In this document: positions 9,294 to 17,244 of the stretch, piece by piece
Layout of the letters: the number at the start of each line of letters is the position of its first letter
How positions within the stretch are numbered: the stretch's first letter is position 1
Source of the DNA: Pedobacter sp.
GTDB lineage: Bacteria; Bacteroidota; Bacteroidia; Sphingobacteriales; Sphingobacteriaceae
Direction: 5' to 3'
DNA length: 35,500 nt
Assembly (NCBI GenBank): GCA_035497275.1
Contig: DATJDT010000096.1
Location: forward strand, 1 to 35,500
Notes under the pieces: model-generated
What the model was told of the DNA's origin: nothing
What the model saw: only the letters and a program-made list of their open reading frames with translations
The model's database searches: none
Translations under genes and position numbers: made by a program

Positions 9294-9315
9294 AGATTGT
9301 CAAAGTGGGTGGAAT
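9268..9315. repeat. REP-like perfect palindrome, copy 2 (48 bp, no loop)
   Basis: ATTCCACCCACTTTGACAATCTTT|AAAGATTGTCAAAGTGGGTGGAAT; the 32-bp core is identical to copy 1. Confidence 0.95.
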
Positions 9316-9500
9316 TGCCAAAGTGGGTAGAATTCCCTAAATTGCCCCCCAATGAAAACATCAGTAATGGCTAATTTAATTTCTTACGATTTTAATACCT
9401 GGAAATGGGTATCTTTAATTAGCTTGATTATAGCGAGGCCAAGTTAATTTGATAAAGTATAAACAGTCAATATACTTTTATTTTAATTAAATGCTTAACA

Positions 9501-10454
9501 ATGGATTTCACCCCACAAATCAAAGATAAACTCGATAAGCTTCAGGAGAAATACGAAGCTATGGGTCAAGATATGGCTTCTTATTTAGATGGCCTTTTAT
9601 ATGCAGATTTTTTAACCTACTGGGATTATATACACTTAGATACTTTATTAAGTTTACAAAGTCCCAAAACTCCATTTCCTGATGAAGAGATCTTTATCAT
9701 GTATCATCAGATTACTGAGTTGTATTTTAAACTCTCTCTTCATGAATGTAAACAACTTTCGACTCATGAGAATTTAACTGCGAACTTTTTTACCGAACGC
9801 ATTAAAAGAATTAATTCCTATTTTAATGCTTTAACTACTTCGTTTGAAGTAATGGTTAACGGCATGGAAAAAGAACAATTCTTAAAATTCCGTATGTCGT
9901 TATTACCAGCCAGTGGCTTTCAATCTGGACAATACAGAATGATTGAAATATACGCGACAGACTTTAATCAACTAGTGGATAAAAGTCAGCGCGACATCTT
10001 AAAAGACTCCAGTATTGACGACAAATTTGAGCACATCTATTGGAAGTTTGGGGCAACTGAATTAGCGAGCGGTAAACAAACGTTAACGTTAAAGCAATTT
10101 ATTAAAAAATATGCCGAGCAATTTTTAAGCCTAGCAAAAGCCAATGAACACACAAATTTTTCGGCATTATACCTTAAGTTAAAAGATAAAGGGGAAGATG
10201 TTACTCAACTTGCTGATGAATTAAGAAAATTTGATCTATACGTAAATGTAGAATGGCCGCTTTCACATTATAAATCGGCAGTTAGGTATTTAGAACGCGA
10301 TCCGGTAGACATTGCCGCAACAGGTGGAACAAATTGGCAGAAATATTTGCCTCCGCGCTTTCAAAAGAGAATATTTTACCCTTTCTTATGGACAGAACAG
10401 CAAATGGACGAATGGGGTAAAGGCTGGGTGCTTAGTGTATTAAAAACACTTTAA
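9501..10454 (+). CDS. kynA: Tryptophan 2,3-dioxygenase family protein
   Basis: YWDYIHLDTLLSLQ, EIFIMYHQITELYFK, PASGFQS and ATGGT motifs. Confidence 0.88.
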   Translation: MDFTPQIKDKLDKLQEKYEAMGQDMASYLDGLLYADFLTYWDYIHLDTLLSLQSPKTPFPDEEIFIMYHQITELYFKLSLHECKQLSTHENLTANFFTERIKRINSYFNALTTSFEVMVNGMEKEQFLKFRMSLLPASGFQSGQYRMIEIYATDFNQLVDKSQRDILKDSSIDDKFEHIYWKFGATELASGKQTLTLKQFIKKYAEQFLSLAKANEHTNFSALYLKLKDKGEDVTQLADELRKFDLYVNVEWPLSHYKSAVRYLERDPVDIAATGGTNWQKYLPPRFQKRIFYPFLWTEQQMDEWGKGWVLSVLKTL

Positions 10455-10464
10455 AATTGATATA

Positions 10465-10510
10465 AAAAAACCACTTTTGGAAAAATAAATTCCGTTTAAA
10501 GTGGTTTTTT
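10465..10510 (+). terminator. Intrinsic terminator
   Basis: AAAAAACCACTTT...AAAGTGGTTTTTT inverted repeat after the stop codon. Confidence 0.7.
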
Positions 10511-10512
10511 CG

Positions 10513-10520
10513 TACTTTTG
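10513..10520 (+). promoter_or_regulatory. -7 promoter box TACTTTTG for ilvE
   Basis: TAnnTTTG match just after the terminator, 23 nt before the GTG start. Confidence 0.55.
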
Positions 10521-10543
10521 CGGGGAATTAAAACGTTATAGCC

Positions 10544-11608
10544 GTGATAGATACCTTACAAATTAAGATTACTGAAAATAGCAATCCAAGATTAGCATCA
10601 ACAGAATTTAAAGATATTCCTTTTGGTAAAATTTTTACTGACCATATGTTTATGGCAGATTATGAAGACGGAGAATGGAAAAATCTACAAATTTTGCCTT
10701 ATGGCCCTATCCCAATGAGTCCTGCAATCTCTGCTTTACACTACGGACAAGCAATATTTGAAGGTATGAAAGCATATCGTTTACCAAATGGTGAGGTAAG
10801 TGTATTTAGAGCTGACAAAAATTTTGAACGTTTTAATATTTCGGCTGATCGCATCGCAATGCCAACCATTCCGGAAGAGATCTTTATGCAAGGTCTTGCT
10901 ACGCTAATAAATATTGATAAAGGTTGGGTTCCGAATCAAGAAAACTATTCTTTGTATTTGAGACCAGTTATGTTTGCAACCGACTCAGCATTGGGCGTAA
11001 AGGCTAGCGACACTTATAAATTTGTAATTTTAGCAACACCAACAGGTCCTTACTATACTAATGCGCTAAAAGTTAAAATTGAAACAAAATATACTCGGGC
11101 AAACGAGGGCGGCGTTGGCTATGCCAAGACAGCTGGAAACTATGCTCGTTCATTGTACCCTTTTGCAGAAGCTCAAAAAGAAGGTTTTGATCAATTAATT
11201 TGGACCGACTCAGCGACTCATAGCTTAATTGAAGAATCTGGTGCAGCCAACGTAATGTTTGTTTTAGATGGCAAATTAATTACCGCAGCTGTTAGCGAAA
11301 CCATTTTGAATGGCGTAACTAGAGATACCATTATCACACTTGCAAAAGATAAAGGCATTACGGTTGAAGAAAGAAAAGTTACCGTGGCAGAAATTATCGA
11401 AGGCGCAAAAACCGGTGCTTTAACTGAAGCGTTCGCCGTTGGTACCGCAGCAACCGTTACTCAAATTGGAGAAATTGGCTATAATGGTGAACTTTATAAA
11501 TTAAGCGAGCCAAGTACGCGTACAATTTCTACGAGTATTGCAAAAGAATTAAATGATATTCGAAATGGCTTAGCAACAGATAAATACAACTGGAACTGGA
11601 TCGTATAA
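10544..11608 (+). CDS. ilvE: Branched-chain amino acid aminotransferase
   Basis: LHYGQAIFEGMKAY, AKTAGNY (PLP lysine), ILNGVTR and GTAA motifs; GTG start. Confidence 0.95.
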   Translation: MIDTLQIKITENSNPRLASTEFKDIPFGKIFTDHMFMADYEDGEWKNLQILPYGPIPMSPAISALHYGQAIFEGMKAYRLPNGEVSVFRADKNFERFNISADRIAMPTIPEEIFMQGLATLINIDKGWVPNQENYSLYLRPVMFATDSALGVKASDTYKFVILATPTGPYYTNALKVKIETKYTRANEGGVGYAKTAGNYARSLYPFAEAQKEGFDQLIWTDSATHSLIEESGAANVMFVLDGKLITAAVSETILNGVTRDTIITLAKDKGITVEERKVTVAEIIEGAKTGALTEAFAVGTAATVTQIGEIGYNGELYKLSEPSTRTISTSIAKELNDIRNGLATDKYNWNWIV

Positions 11609-11629
11609 AAGAATTTTACACCGTATATC

Positions 11630-11666
11630 AAATGCCTTACGCTTAATTGCATAAGGCATTTATTTT
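11630..11666 (+). terminator. Intrinsic terminator
   Basis: AAATGCCTTA...TAAGGCATTT stem followed by a T-rich tail. Confidence 0.7.
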
Positions 11667-11735
11667 AAGTAACAACCCTCTCACAATTTCAATTAAGTAA
11701 AACACAATACCTACTTTAGACCAAAAATTAAAACA

Positions 11736-13859
11736 ATGAAGAATAACATATTACTATGCTTACTTGCAGCTTCTAGCATTGGCTTTGGTGCAAAAGCACA
11801 GCAAAAAAGATTAACTCAAGCCCAGGCGTTAGGAAACCAGCTTTCATTAACAAAATCGATGAACATGGTGAGCGGTTGGAGCGATGACACCCACTTTATC
11901 GAGTTCGACGCAAAAGATCGCAAGCAATATGCGGTTCATATGTTAACAGGTGAGCGTACCGCCTATACACCTCCTCCTAAGAGCGATGTAAACGTAATGA
12001 TTAAAGACAAAGATGTATACATCCAATATGGAAAGGAAGAAGCAAAACGTTTAACAAATAACCCAGCCGAAGAGCTTAATCCAACTTTATCGCCAGATGG
12101 CAAATATGTAGCTTTTACACGCAATAATGATTTATATGCTGTTGAAGTTGCAAGTAGCAAAGAAATTCGTTACACAACTGATGCAACTGATGTAATTTAT
12201 AACGGCTATGCTTCATGGGTTTACTTCGAAGAAATTTTAGGTCGCGCAACCCGCTACAAAGCTTTTTGGTGGGCACCAGACAGCAAGCATTTAGCTTTTA
12301 TGCGATTTGACGACACCAAAGTCCCAATGTTCCCAATTAATGGATCAACAGGGCAACATGGTTATGTAGAAAAAACCCGATATCCTAAAGCTGGAGATCC
12401 AAATCCAGAAGTGAAAATTGGCTTCACCCCAACAGAAGGCGGTCAGGTAGTTTGGGCAGATTTTAACGAAAAAGATGATCAATATTTTGGGACCCCTTAT
12501 TGGAGTTTCGATGGCAGTAACATGGTGGTACAATGGTTAAACCGTGGACAGGATAATTTAAAATTCTACGCTGTTAATCCTACAACAGGGGCTAAAAAAG
12601 AGATCTACGACGAAAAACAAACTTCATGGGTAGATTTAGATTTTGATGGTAGAATCGAATATTTGAAAGACAATAAGCACTATATCTTAAAAAGTGACAA
12701 AACAGGCTGGGCCCATTTCTATCTATATACATTAGATGGAAAATTAATTAACCCAATTACTTCAGGAAAATGGCAGGTAAGCAATTTGCTTTATACTGAT
12801 GAAAAAGCGAAGGTTATTTATTTCACTGCACGCAAAGAAGCAAGTACAAGAACAGATTTATACAGAGTTGATTACAGTGGTAAAAACCTAAAACGTTTGA
12901 CGTTTGGAGAGTACACGCATCAGATTCAAATGTCGCCAAACGGCAAGAATTTCATCACTACTTATTCTAATGTTTCTACGCCTCCAAAAAGAACATTGTT
13001 AGATAACAATGGTAAAATTGTAAAAGAGTTGGGGGATAGTAAGGCTGACGATTTTGATCAATACATTTACGGTAAAACTGAGATGATAACTATTCCTTCA
13101 GAGGATGGCCAGTACCAACTACCTGCTGTAATTACCTATCCAACGGACTTCGATCAGACTAAAAAATACCCTGTTGTGTTTAGCATTTATGGCGGTCCAA
13201 ATGCAGGTAGCGTTACCAACAGCTGGAAAGGAACTGGAAATCAGTGGTGGGCTAATGAAGGCATTGTTCAAATTGCTGTAGATCACCGTGCATCAGGCCA
13301 GTTTGGAAAAGAAGGCGTAGCATTGATGCACCGCAACTTAGGCAAGTGGGAAATGAAAGACTACAGTACCGCAGCACAATGGCTGAAAGCAAAACCATGG
13401 GTTGATTCTAAAAAACTATTAATCACCGGACACAGTTATGGCGGTTATATGAGTGCTTTAGCTTTAACGATGGGTGCCGACAATTTTGATTTTGGTTATG
13501 CAGGTGCACCTGTTACCAGTTGGGAATTGTATGATAGCCATTATACTGAACGTTTTATGGATACTCCACAAGAAAATCCTGAAGGCTACAAAGCTGCGTC
13601 GGTATTAACGTATGTTGATAAATATAAAGGCTTATTGCGTATTATGCATGGTGACATGGACGACAATGTTCACGTTCAGAACACCATTCAATTGGTAGAT
13701 AAATTAACCAATACTAACAAACATTTCGAATTGATGATATATCCAGGTAGCCGACATGGATTTGGCCCTGCCAAAGCAGCACATGATCGTGCAGAAAGAT
13801 TCCGTTTTTATTATCAATACCTATTGAACAAACCAGTCCCAGAAGGATTGATCAAATAA
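11736..13859 (+). CDS. S9B (dipeptidyl-peptidase IV-like) peptidase
   Basis: Signal peptide; WVYFEE, YPKAG, GHSYGG nucleophile, DDNVH and SRHG triad motifs. Confidence 0.93.
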   Translation: MKNNILLCLLAASSIGFGAKAQQKRLTQAQALGNQLSLTKSMNMVSGWSDDTHFIEFDAKDRKQYAVHMLTGERTAYTPPPKSDVNVMIKDKDVYIQYGKEEAKRLTNNPAEELNPTLSPDGKYVAFTRNNDLYAVEVASSKEIRYTTDATDVIYNGYASWVYFEEILGRATRYKAFWWAPDSKHLAFMRFDDTKVPMFPINGSTGQHGYVEKTRYPKAGDPNPEVKIGFTPTEGGQVVWADFNEKDDQYFGTPYWSFDGSNMVVQWLNRGQDNLKFYAVNPTTGAKKEIYDEKQTSWVDLDFDGRIEYLKDNKHYILKSDKTGWAHFYLYTLDGKLINPITSGKWQVSNLLYTDEKAKVIYFTARKEASTRTDLYRVDYSGKNLKRLTFGEYTHQIQMSPNGKNFITTYSNVSTPPKRTLLDNNGKIVKELGDSKADDFDQYIYGKTEMITIPSEDGQYQLPAVITYPTDFDQTKKYPVVFSIYGGPNAGSVTNSWKGTGNQWWANEGIVQIAVDHRASGQFGKEGVALMHRNLGKWEMKDYSTAAQWLKAKPWVDSKKLLITGHSYGGYMSALALTMGADNFDFGYAGAPVTSWELYDSHYTERFMDTPQENPEGYKAASVLTYVDKYKGLLRIMHGDMDDNVHVQNTIQLVDKLTNTNKHFELMIYPGSRHGFGPAKAAHDRAERFRFYYQYLLNKPVPEGLIK

Positions 13860-13897
13860 TTAACAAGCCACTCAGTGCACTGAGTGGCTTGTTAATT
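13858..13897. terminator. 40-bp perfect palindrome between convergent genes, likely bidirectional terminator
   Basis: AATTAACAAGCCACTCAGTG|CACTGAGTGGCTTGTTAATT. Confidence 0.6.
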
Positions 13898-13961
13898 TGC
13901 ACTATTAATTAAAAACTGAATATATTTGATATCCATATTCAGTTTTTATTTCCTTAGAACC

Positions 13962-15248
13962 TTAATCTATCTCATGGTCTTGTTTACTCATATAAGCGTT
14001 ATGAGTTAAGAAAGTTAGCAAGTCTGAATTTTTGTAAATATTTCGGTTTAAGTCATTTTTAGTATTAGTAATTGGTTCAATTGTTTCGATTGTTCCAATG
14101 GATGTAAAATTCTCTACTTTCGTTGTATTTTCTGCAATCGACTTATCAAGTATTACTTGCTCCCACTCTTCTTTGGCCGCCTCAAAATTAACAGAACTAT
14201 CTGAAATAAGTTCTTCTACCTCTTGAAGCGAAATGTGCTTCCTCAATATTTCGTTAGCCATAAAAAATTGGTTTTCACGCCCTTCGATTTTTAGTAGAAC
14301 TTTCAAATAGCCCCATGGAACTATTTGCATCAGTTCTATGGGCGGATTGTTATGTTCTCCGTATTCATTTACAAAATAAATACAATGAGATAATTCCTTT
14401 TGATTAAAAATAGATGGGAAATCGTTTTGAAATTTCTGTATACAAAGATCTATCAAATTGTCTAAGGTGAGAATATTGTTCGATTTGGAAAGTTTGATTA
14501 TTTCGACACCTACACCCCATATTAAAATGTTAAATTCCAAATTTAACTGATGATTGTATTCGGATTGGAATTCTATAATTTTGTTATAGATCCTTGTAAC
14601 TAAATCGATATGAACCAACTTTTTTGAAGTTAGAGCGGCAAGATATTCACTGTGCTTATCTTGCGGCTCAAATAATTTACGGAAAGTATTACCGCTCTTT
14701 TTACCGAAGTACAATTCAAGTGTACTTCGGTAAAATGCAGACGCTTTCTCAGACATAAAAGCATATTTGTCAGTATTTAGTTTCTTTCCTGTTTTTTCAA
14801 ATGCTTTATCTGAAATTTTTTCACATAGCTCAATAGCGGTCAATGATTCGGTATATATCAAGTCAGAGTAAAATGCCCATTCCTCATCCTCCGTCAAGTT
14901 CAAAAAATGAGGTAGATAATCCCAATTGATAATTGCAGCTACAAACCTCTTTTTCCCAGAACATTTGTCTGCAAATTTTGTCATCAAAAATAGGTTCTGA
15001 TTACTTAAATGATTGCCAAAAATTGGTTGTAGATTATCTGCAATTTCTTGAATAAGGATATTTTTTTTATCCGTGGAATGGAGGTTTTGTACTTCACGAT
15101 TTATTTCTGCGCCAATATCAAAAAAAAGAGAACTCACTGCCTGATTGATGGTTCCGATAAGTCTTTTTTGCCTTATTTCTACAGACTTCTTTATTACCTC
15201 AATTACATCATCTCTTAATGTGAGATCTCCCTTTTTTTTATTTGACAT
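13962..15248 (-). CDS. Protein with two DUF1016/YhcG N-terminal-like domains
   Basis: Two similar helical blocks: LFFDIGAEI...NLFLMTKF...INWDY...AFY and LIWGVGVEI...ELSHCIYF...VPWGY...FFM. Likely start MSNKKK (ATG 15248). Confidence 0.6.
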   Translation of the reverse strand: MSNKKKGDLTLRDDVIEVIKKSVEIRQKRLIGTINQAVSSLFFDIGAEINREVQNLHSTDKKNILIQEIADNLQPIFGNHLSNQNLFLMTKFADKCSGKKRFVAAIINWDYLPHFLNLTEDEEWAFYSDLIYTESLTAIELCEKISDKAFEKTGKKLNTDKYAFMSEKASAFYRSTLELYFGKKSGNTFRKLFEPQDKHSEYLAALTSKKLVHIDLVTRIYNKIIEFQSEYNHQLNLEFNILIWGVGVEIIKLSKSNNILTLDNLIDLCIQKFQNDFPSIFNQKELSHCIYFVNEYGEHNNPPIELMQIVPWGYLKVLLKIEGRENQFFMANEILRKHISLQEVEELISDSSVNFEAAKEEWEQVILDKSIAENTTKVENFTSIGTIETIEPITNTKNDLNRNIYKNSDLLTFLTHNAYMSKQDHEID

Positions 15249-15363
15249 ATTGTTTTTTAACAAGCTCTTTTATTGGCATGATAATGATCTCTTCTCCATT
15301 TTTTCGGGTTTCAATAGTAACATTGTCATAATTTAAATTATTGCTGACAAGTTCGAGTGTCAT
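15238..15363 (-). CDS. Possible 41-aa small ORF
   Basis: ATG at 15363 gives MTLELVSNNLNYDNVTIETRKNGEEIIIMPIKELVKKQYVK*. It fills the intergenic gap and overlaps the next ATG by 11 nt. Confidence 0.3.
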   Translation of the reverse strand: MTLELVSNNLNYDNVTIETRKNGEEIIIMPIKELVKKQYVK

Positions 15364-15378
15364 TTTATCCTTGCTTTT

Positions 15379-17175
15379 TCAATTGTGGGGCTTTTTACTT
15401 TTACGCAATTGCCTTCTCAATCGACGTTCATCCCTATCAGCCTTCATTTGTTCAAACTTGGCAATTTGAGCCTTAATTTCAGCCTCTTTCTGCGGCGTAA
15501 CTCCTACGCTATATTTCACACCCTGAAAAAGGGTTTTCCAAATATAATTAAAGAATGAAGCTGTAATTTCTCGTTTGTAGTTGATAGCTGCAGACGTAAA
15601 TTTTCCGTCCTTGCTAGGATTATCAGAATAAATGATTAAATTATTAGCTAGAAAGGAGATTAAGCCTTGTCTAACTAATCTCTCTTTCCCTTCTTCTTTC
15701 TTCATTAAAGCAACTGACAGATCGTTATAAGTAAAATCTACTTTACCCTTTGCTACATTTTCATCTGCTCGGATTGAAAAGTCCAATTTTCTGATCTCGC
15801 CTTTTTTAACTAGTACCATTCCCAGCGGCTTAGTTAGCTGATTCAATGTTTTACCATCTAAATTGGTTAAAGCACCATTGTAATTAAATGCCCCGATGGG
15901 AGAGTTTAAATCAAAATTAAAAGTTACCATCAACTTCCCCTGGCCCATCATATAGCTTTCTAAATTGGCGGTCATAATAGGATTCCGGGCCTCTTCTTTC
16001 GGCATATTTGTTGCGTTTAAAATAACGCCACTAGTTTTTTCAAAGGTAAGTTTACCTGTTTGTCTGCTATCCTTATCAAATTCAGCAAAGCTGATATCAA
16101 TATTGTTTAGGTTAATTTTTTTGATGTTTAACTTTGCTTTTAGCGTTTGCAACAGCTGATGGGGAAATTTTCCAGTTTTATCAACTTTACGTTTAGGGTA
16201 ACTATTGTTATTGTACACTGCCACCGAGCCGTCGGTAATATGCATCTGTTGTGCAATTAATTCTTGCTTTTGGATATAAGCAGGAAGGTTTAGTCCATCA
16301 ATAGCCAAATTATTAAGCTTAATGGTAAATCTATCTCTAGCATAACCATTTACTTTAGCGAAATCTGCGGCACTATATCTTGGCTCTAAAGCAAATTGTT
16401 TAATATTCAGCTTTCCACTTGAAGCAGTAAAGTCTAACTGATCTAACTTCAGGAAATACATGCTATCGGGTGTTGCGTAGGTATAGTTATTTACATTAAT
16501 GGCAATATCCTTTAGTAAATAAAGTCTACTTGTATCTTTCGATGAATTCTCATCAATCAACCAATCTTTCAATGTTACATTAAGGTTCGCAACTGAATCG
16601 ATCTCTGGTATTGAATCATTATTATTTACATACTTGAAGTTTGCATCTTTAAAATCAACAACCTCGATACGTAGTGACTTAAATAGTTTAGCAATGTAAT
16701 CATAAGGAGACCTACGTGGTCGTGGCGGCCTATCTTCATTAAACTCAAAATGTTTGTTCACCATGGTTACATTCGGTTTGTCAAACAGCAATAAGTCTAT
16801 TTTGGCTTCCTTATTGAAATACATCGCAAAGGGGTGAAATCTCCTTATAGATAATTTTTTTAACGCGATATAATATAAGTTATTAGGCGCCTTTTCTTGC
16901 GCTACAAGGTTTTTAAAGACATTTGTATCTGGACTAATTTTCACATCGGTTATCGATGCCGAACCCGTAACAAAGTTAGTGTGTATGGTTGTAAACTCGA
17001 TTCGATACAATCCGTGGGTTGATTTATTTACCAATTCGGCGATCTCTTTTCGAATTAAAGGTTTTAGTTTTACGCTAATATACCATGAAGCAGCTACTGT
17101 GATCAACGAACAAAATAGCACAATACCCAATAGCCATTTTAAAAATCTTATTCTTTTCTGATTTTTCTCATTCAT
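15379..17175 (-). CDS. Membrane-anchored beta-rich AsmA/DUF748-like protein, paralogue 1
   Basis: N-terminal TM helix, beta-strand-rich body, SFFNYIWK motif, basic C-terminal tail. Confidence 0.6.
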   Translation of the reverse strand: MNEKNQKRIRFLKWLLGIVLFCSLITVAASWYISVKLKPLIRKEIAELVNKSTHGLYRIEFTTIHTNFVTGSASITDVKISPDTNVFKNLVAQEKAPNNLYYIALKKLSIRRFHPFAMYFNKEAKIDLLLFDKPNVTMVNKHFEFNEDRPPRPRRSPYDYIAKLFKSLRIEVVDFKDANFKYVNNNDSIPEIDSVANLNVTLKDWLIDENSSKDTSRLYLLKDIAINVNNYTYATPDSMYFLKLDQLDFTASSGKLNIKQFALEPRYSAADFAKVNGYARDRFTIKLNNLAIDGLNLPAYIQKQELIAQQMHITDGSVAVYNNNSYPKRKVDKTGKFPHQLLQTLKAKLNIKKINLNNIDISFAEFDKDSRQTGKLTFEKTSGVILNATNMPKEEARNPIMTANLESYMMGQGKLMVTFNFDLNSPIGAFNYNGALTNLDGKTLNQLTKPLGMVLVKKGEIRKLDFSIRADENVAKGKVDFTYNDLSVALMKKEEGKERLVRQGLISFLANNLIIYSDNPSKDGKFTSAAINYKREITASFFNYIWKTLFQGVKYSVGVTPQKEAEIKAQIAKFEQMKADRDERRLRRQLRKSKKPHN

Positions 17176-17244
17176 TAACTTTTAACCTTTTGTTGCTCCA
17201 ATATACGTTTTCAGCTTCATATCAACCTAGTGAATTAACCTATT

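Noticed and set aside
8532-9315. Classical IS with terminal inverted repeats, or an IS605 element with tnpB
   Set aside because: The enzyme is HUH/Y1 rather than DDE, no tnpB follows, and the flanks are self-palindromes that also occur alone elsewhere, which fits RAYT/REP better.
9345-9353. CCCCCCAAT is the reverse complement of ATTGGGGGG at 27752-27760, both near palindrome tails
   Set aside because: Only 9 bp of low complexity, and in opposite orientation relative to the inferred polarity; not enough to claim.
9417-9449. AATTAGCTTG...CAAGTTAATT inverted repeat upstream of kynA
   Set aside because: Short, imperfect and AT-rich; compatible with chance.
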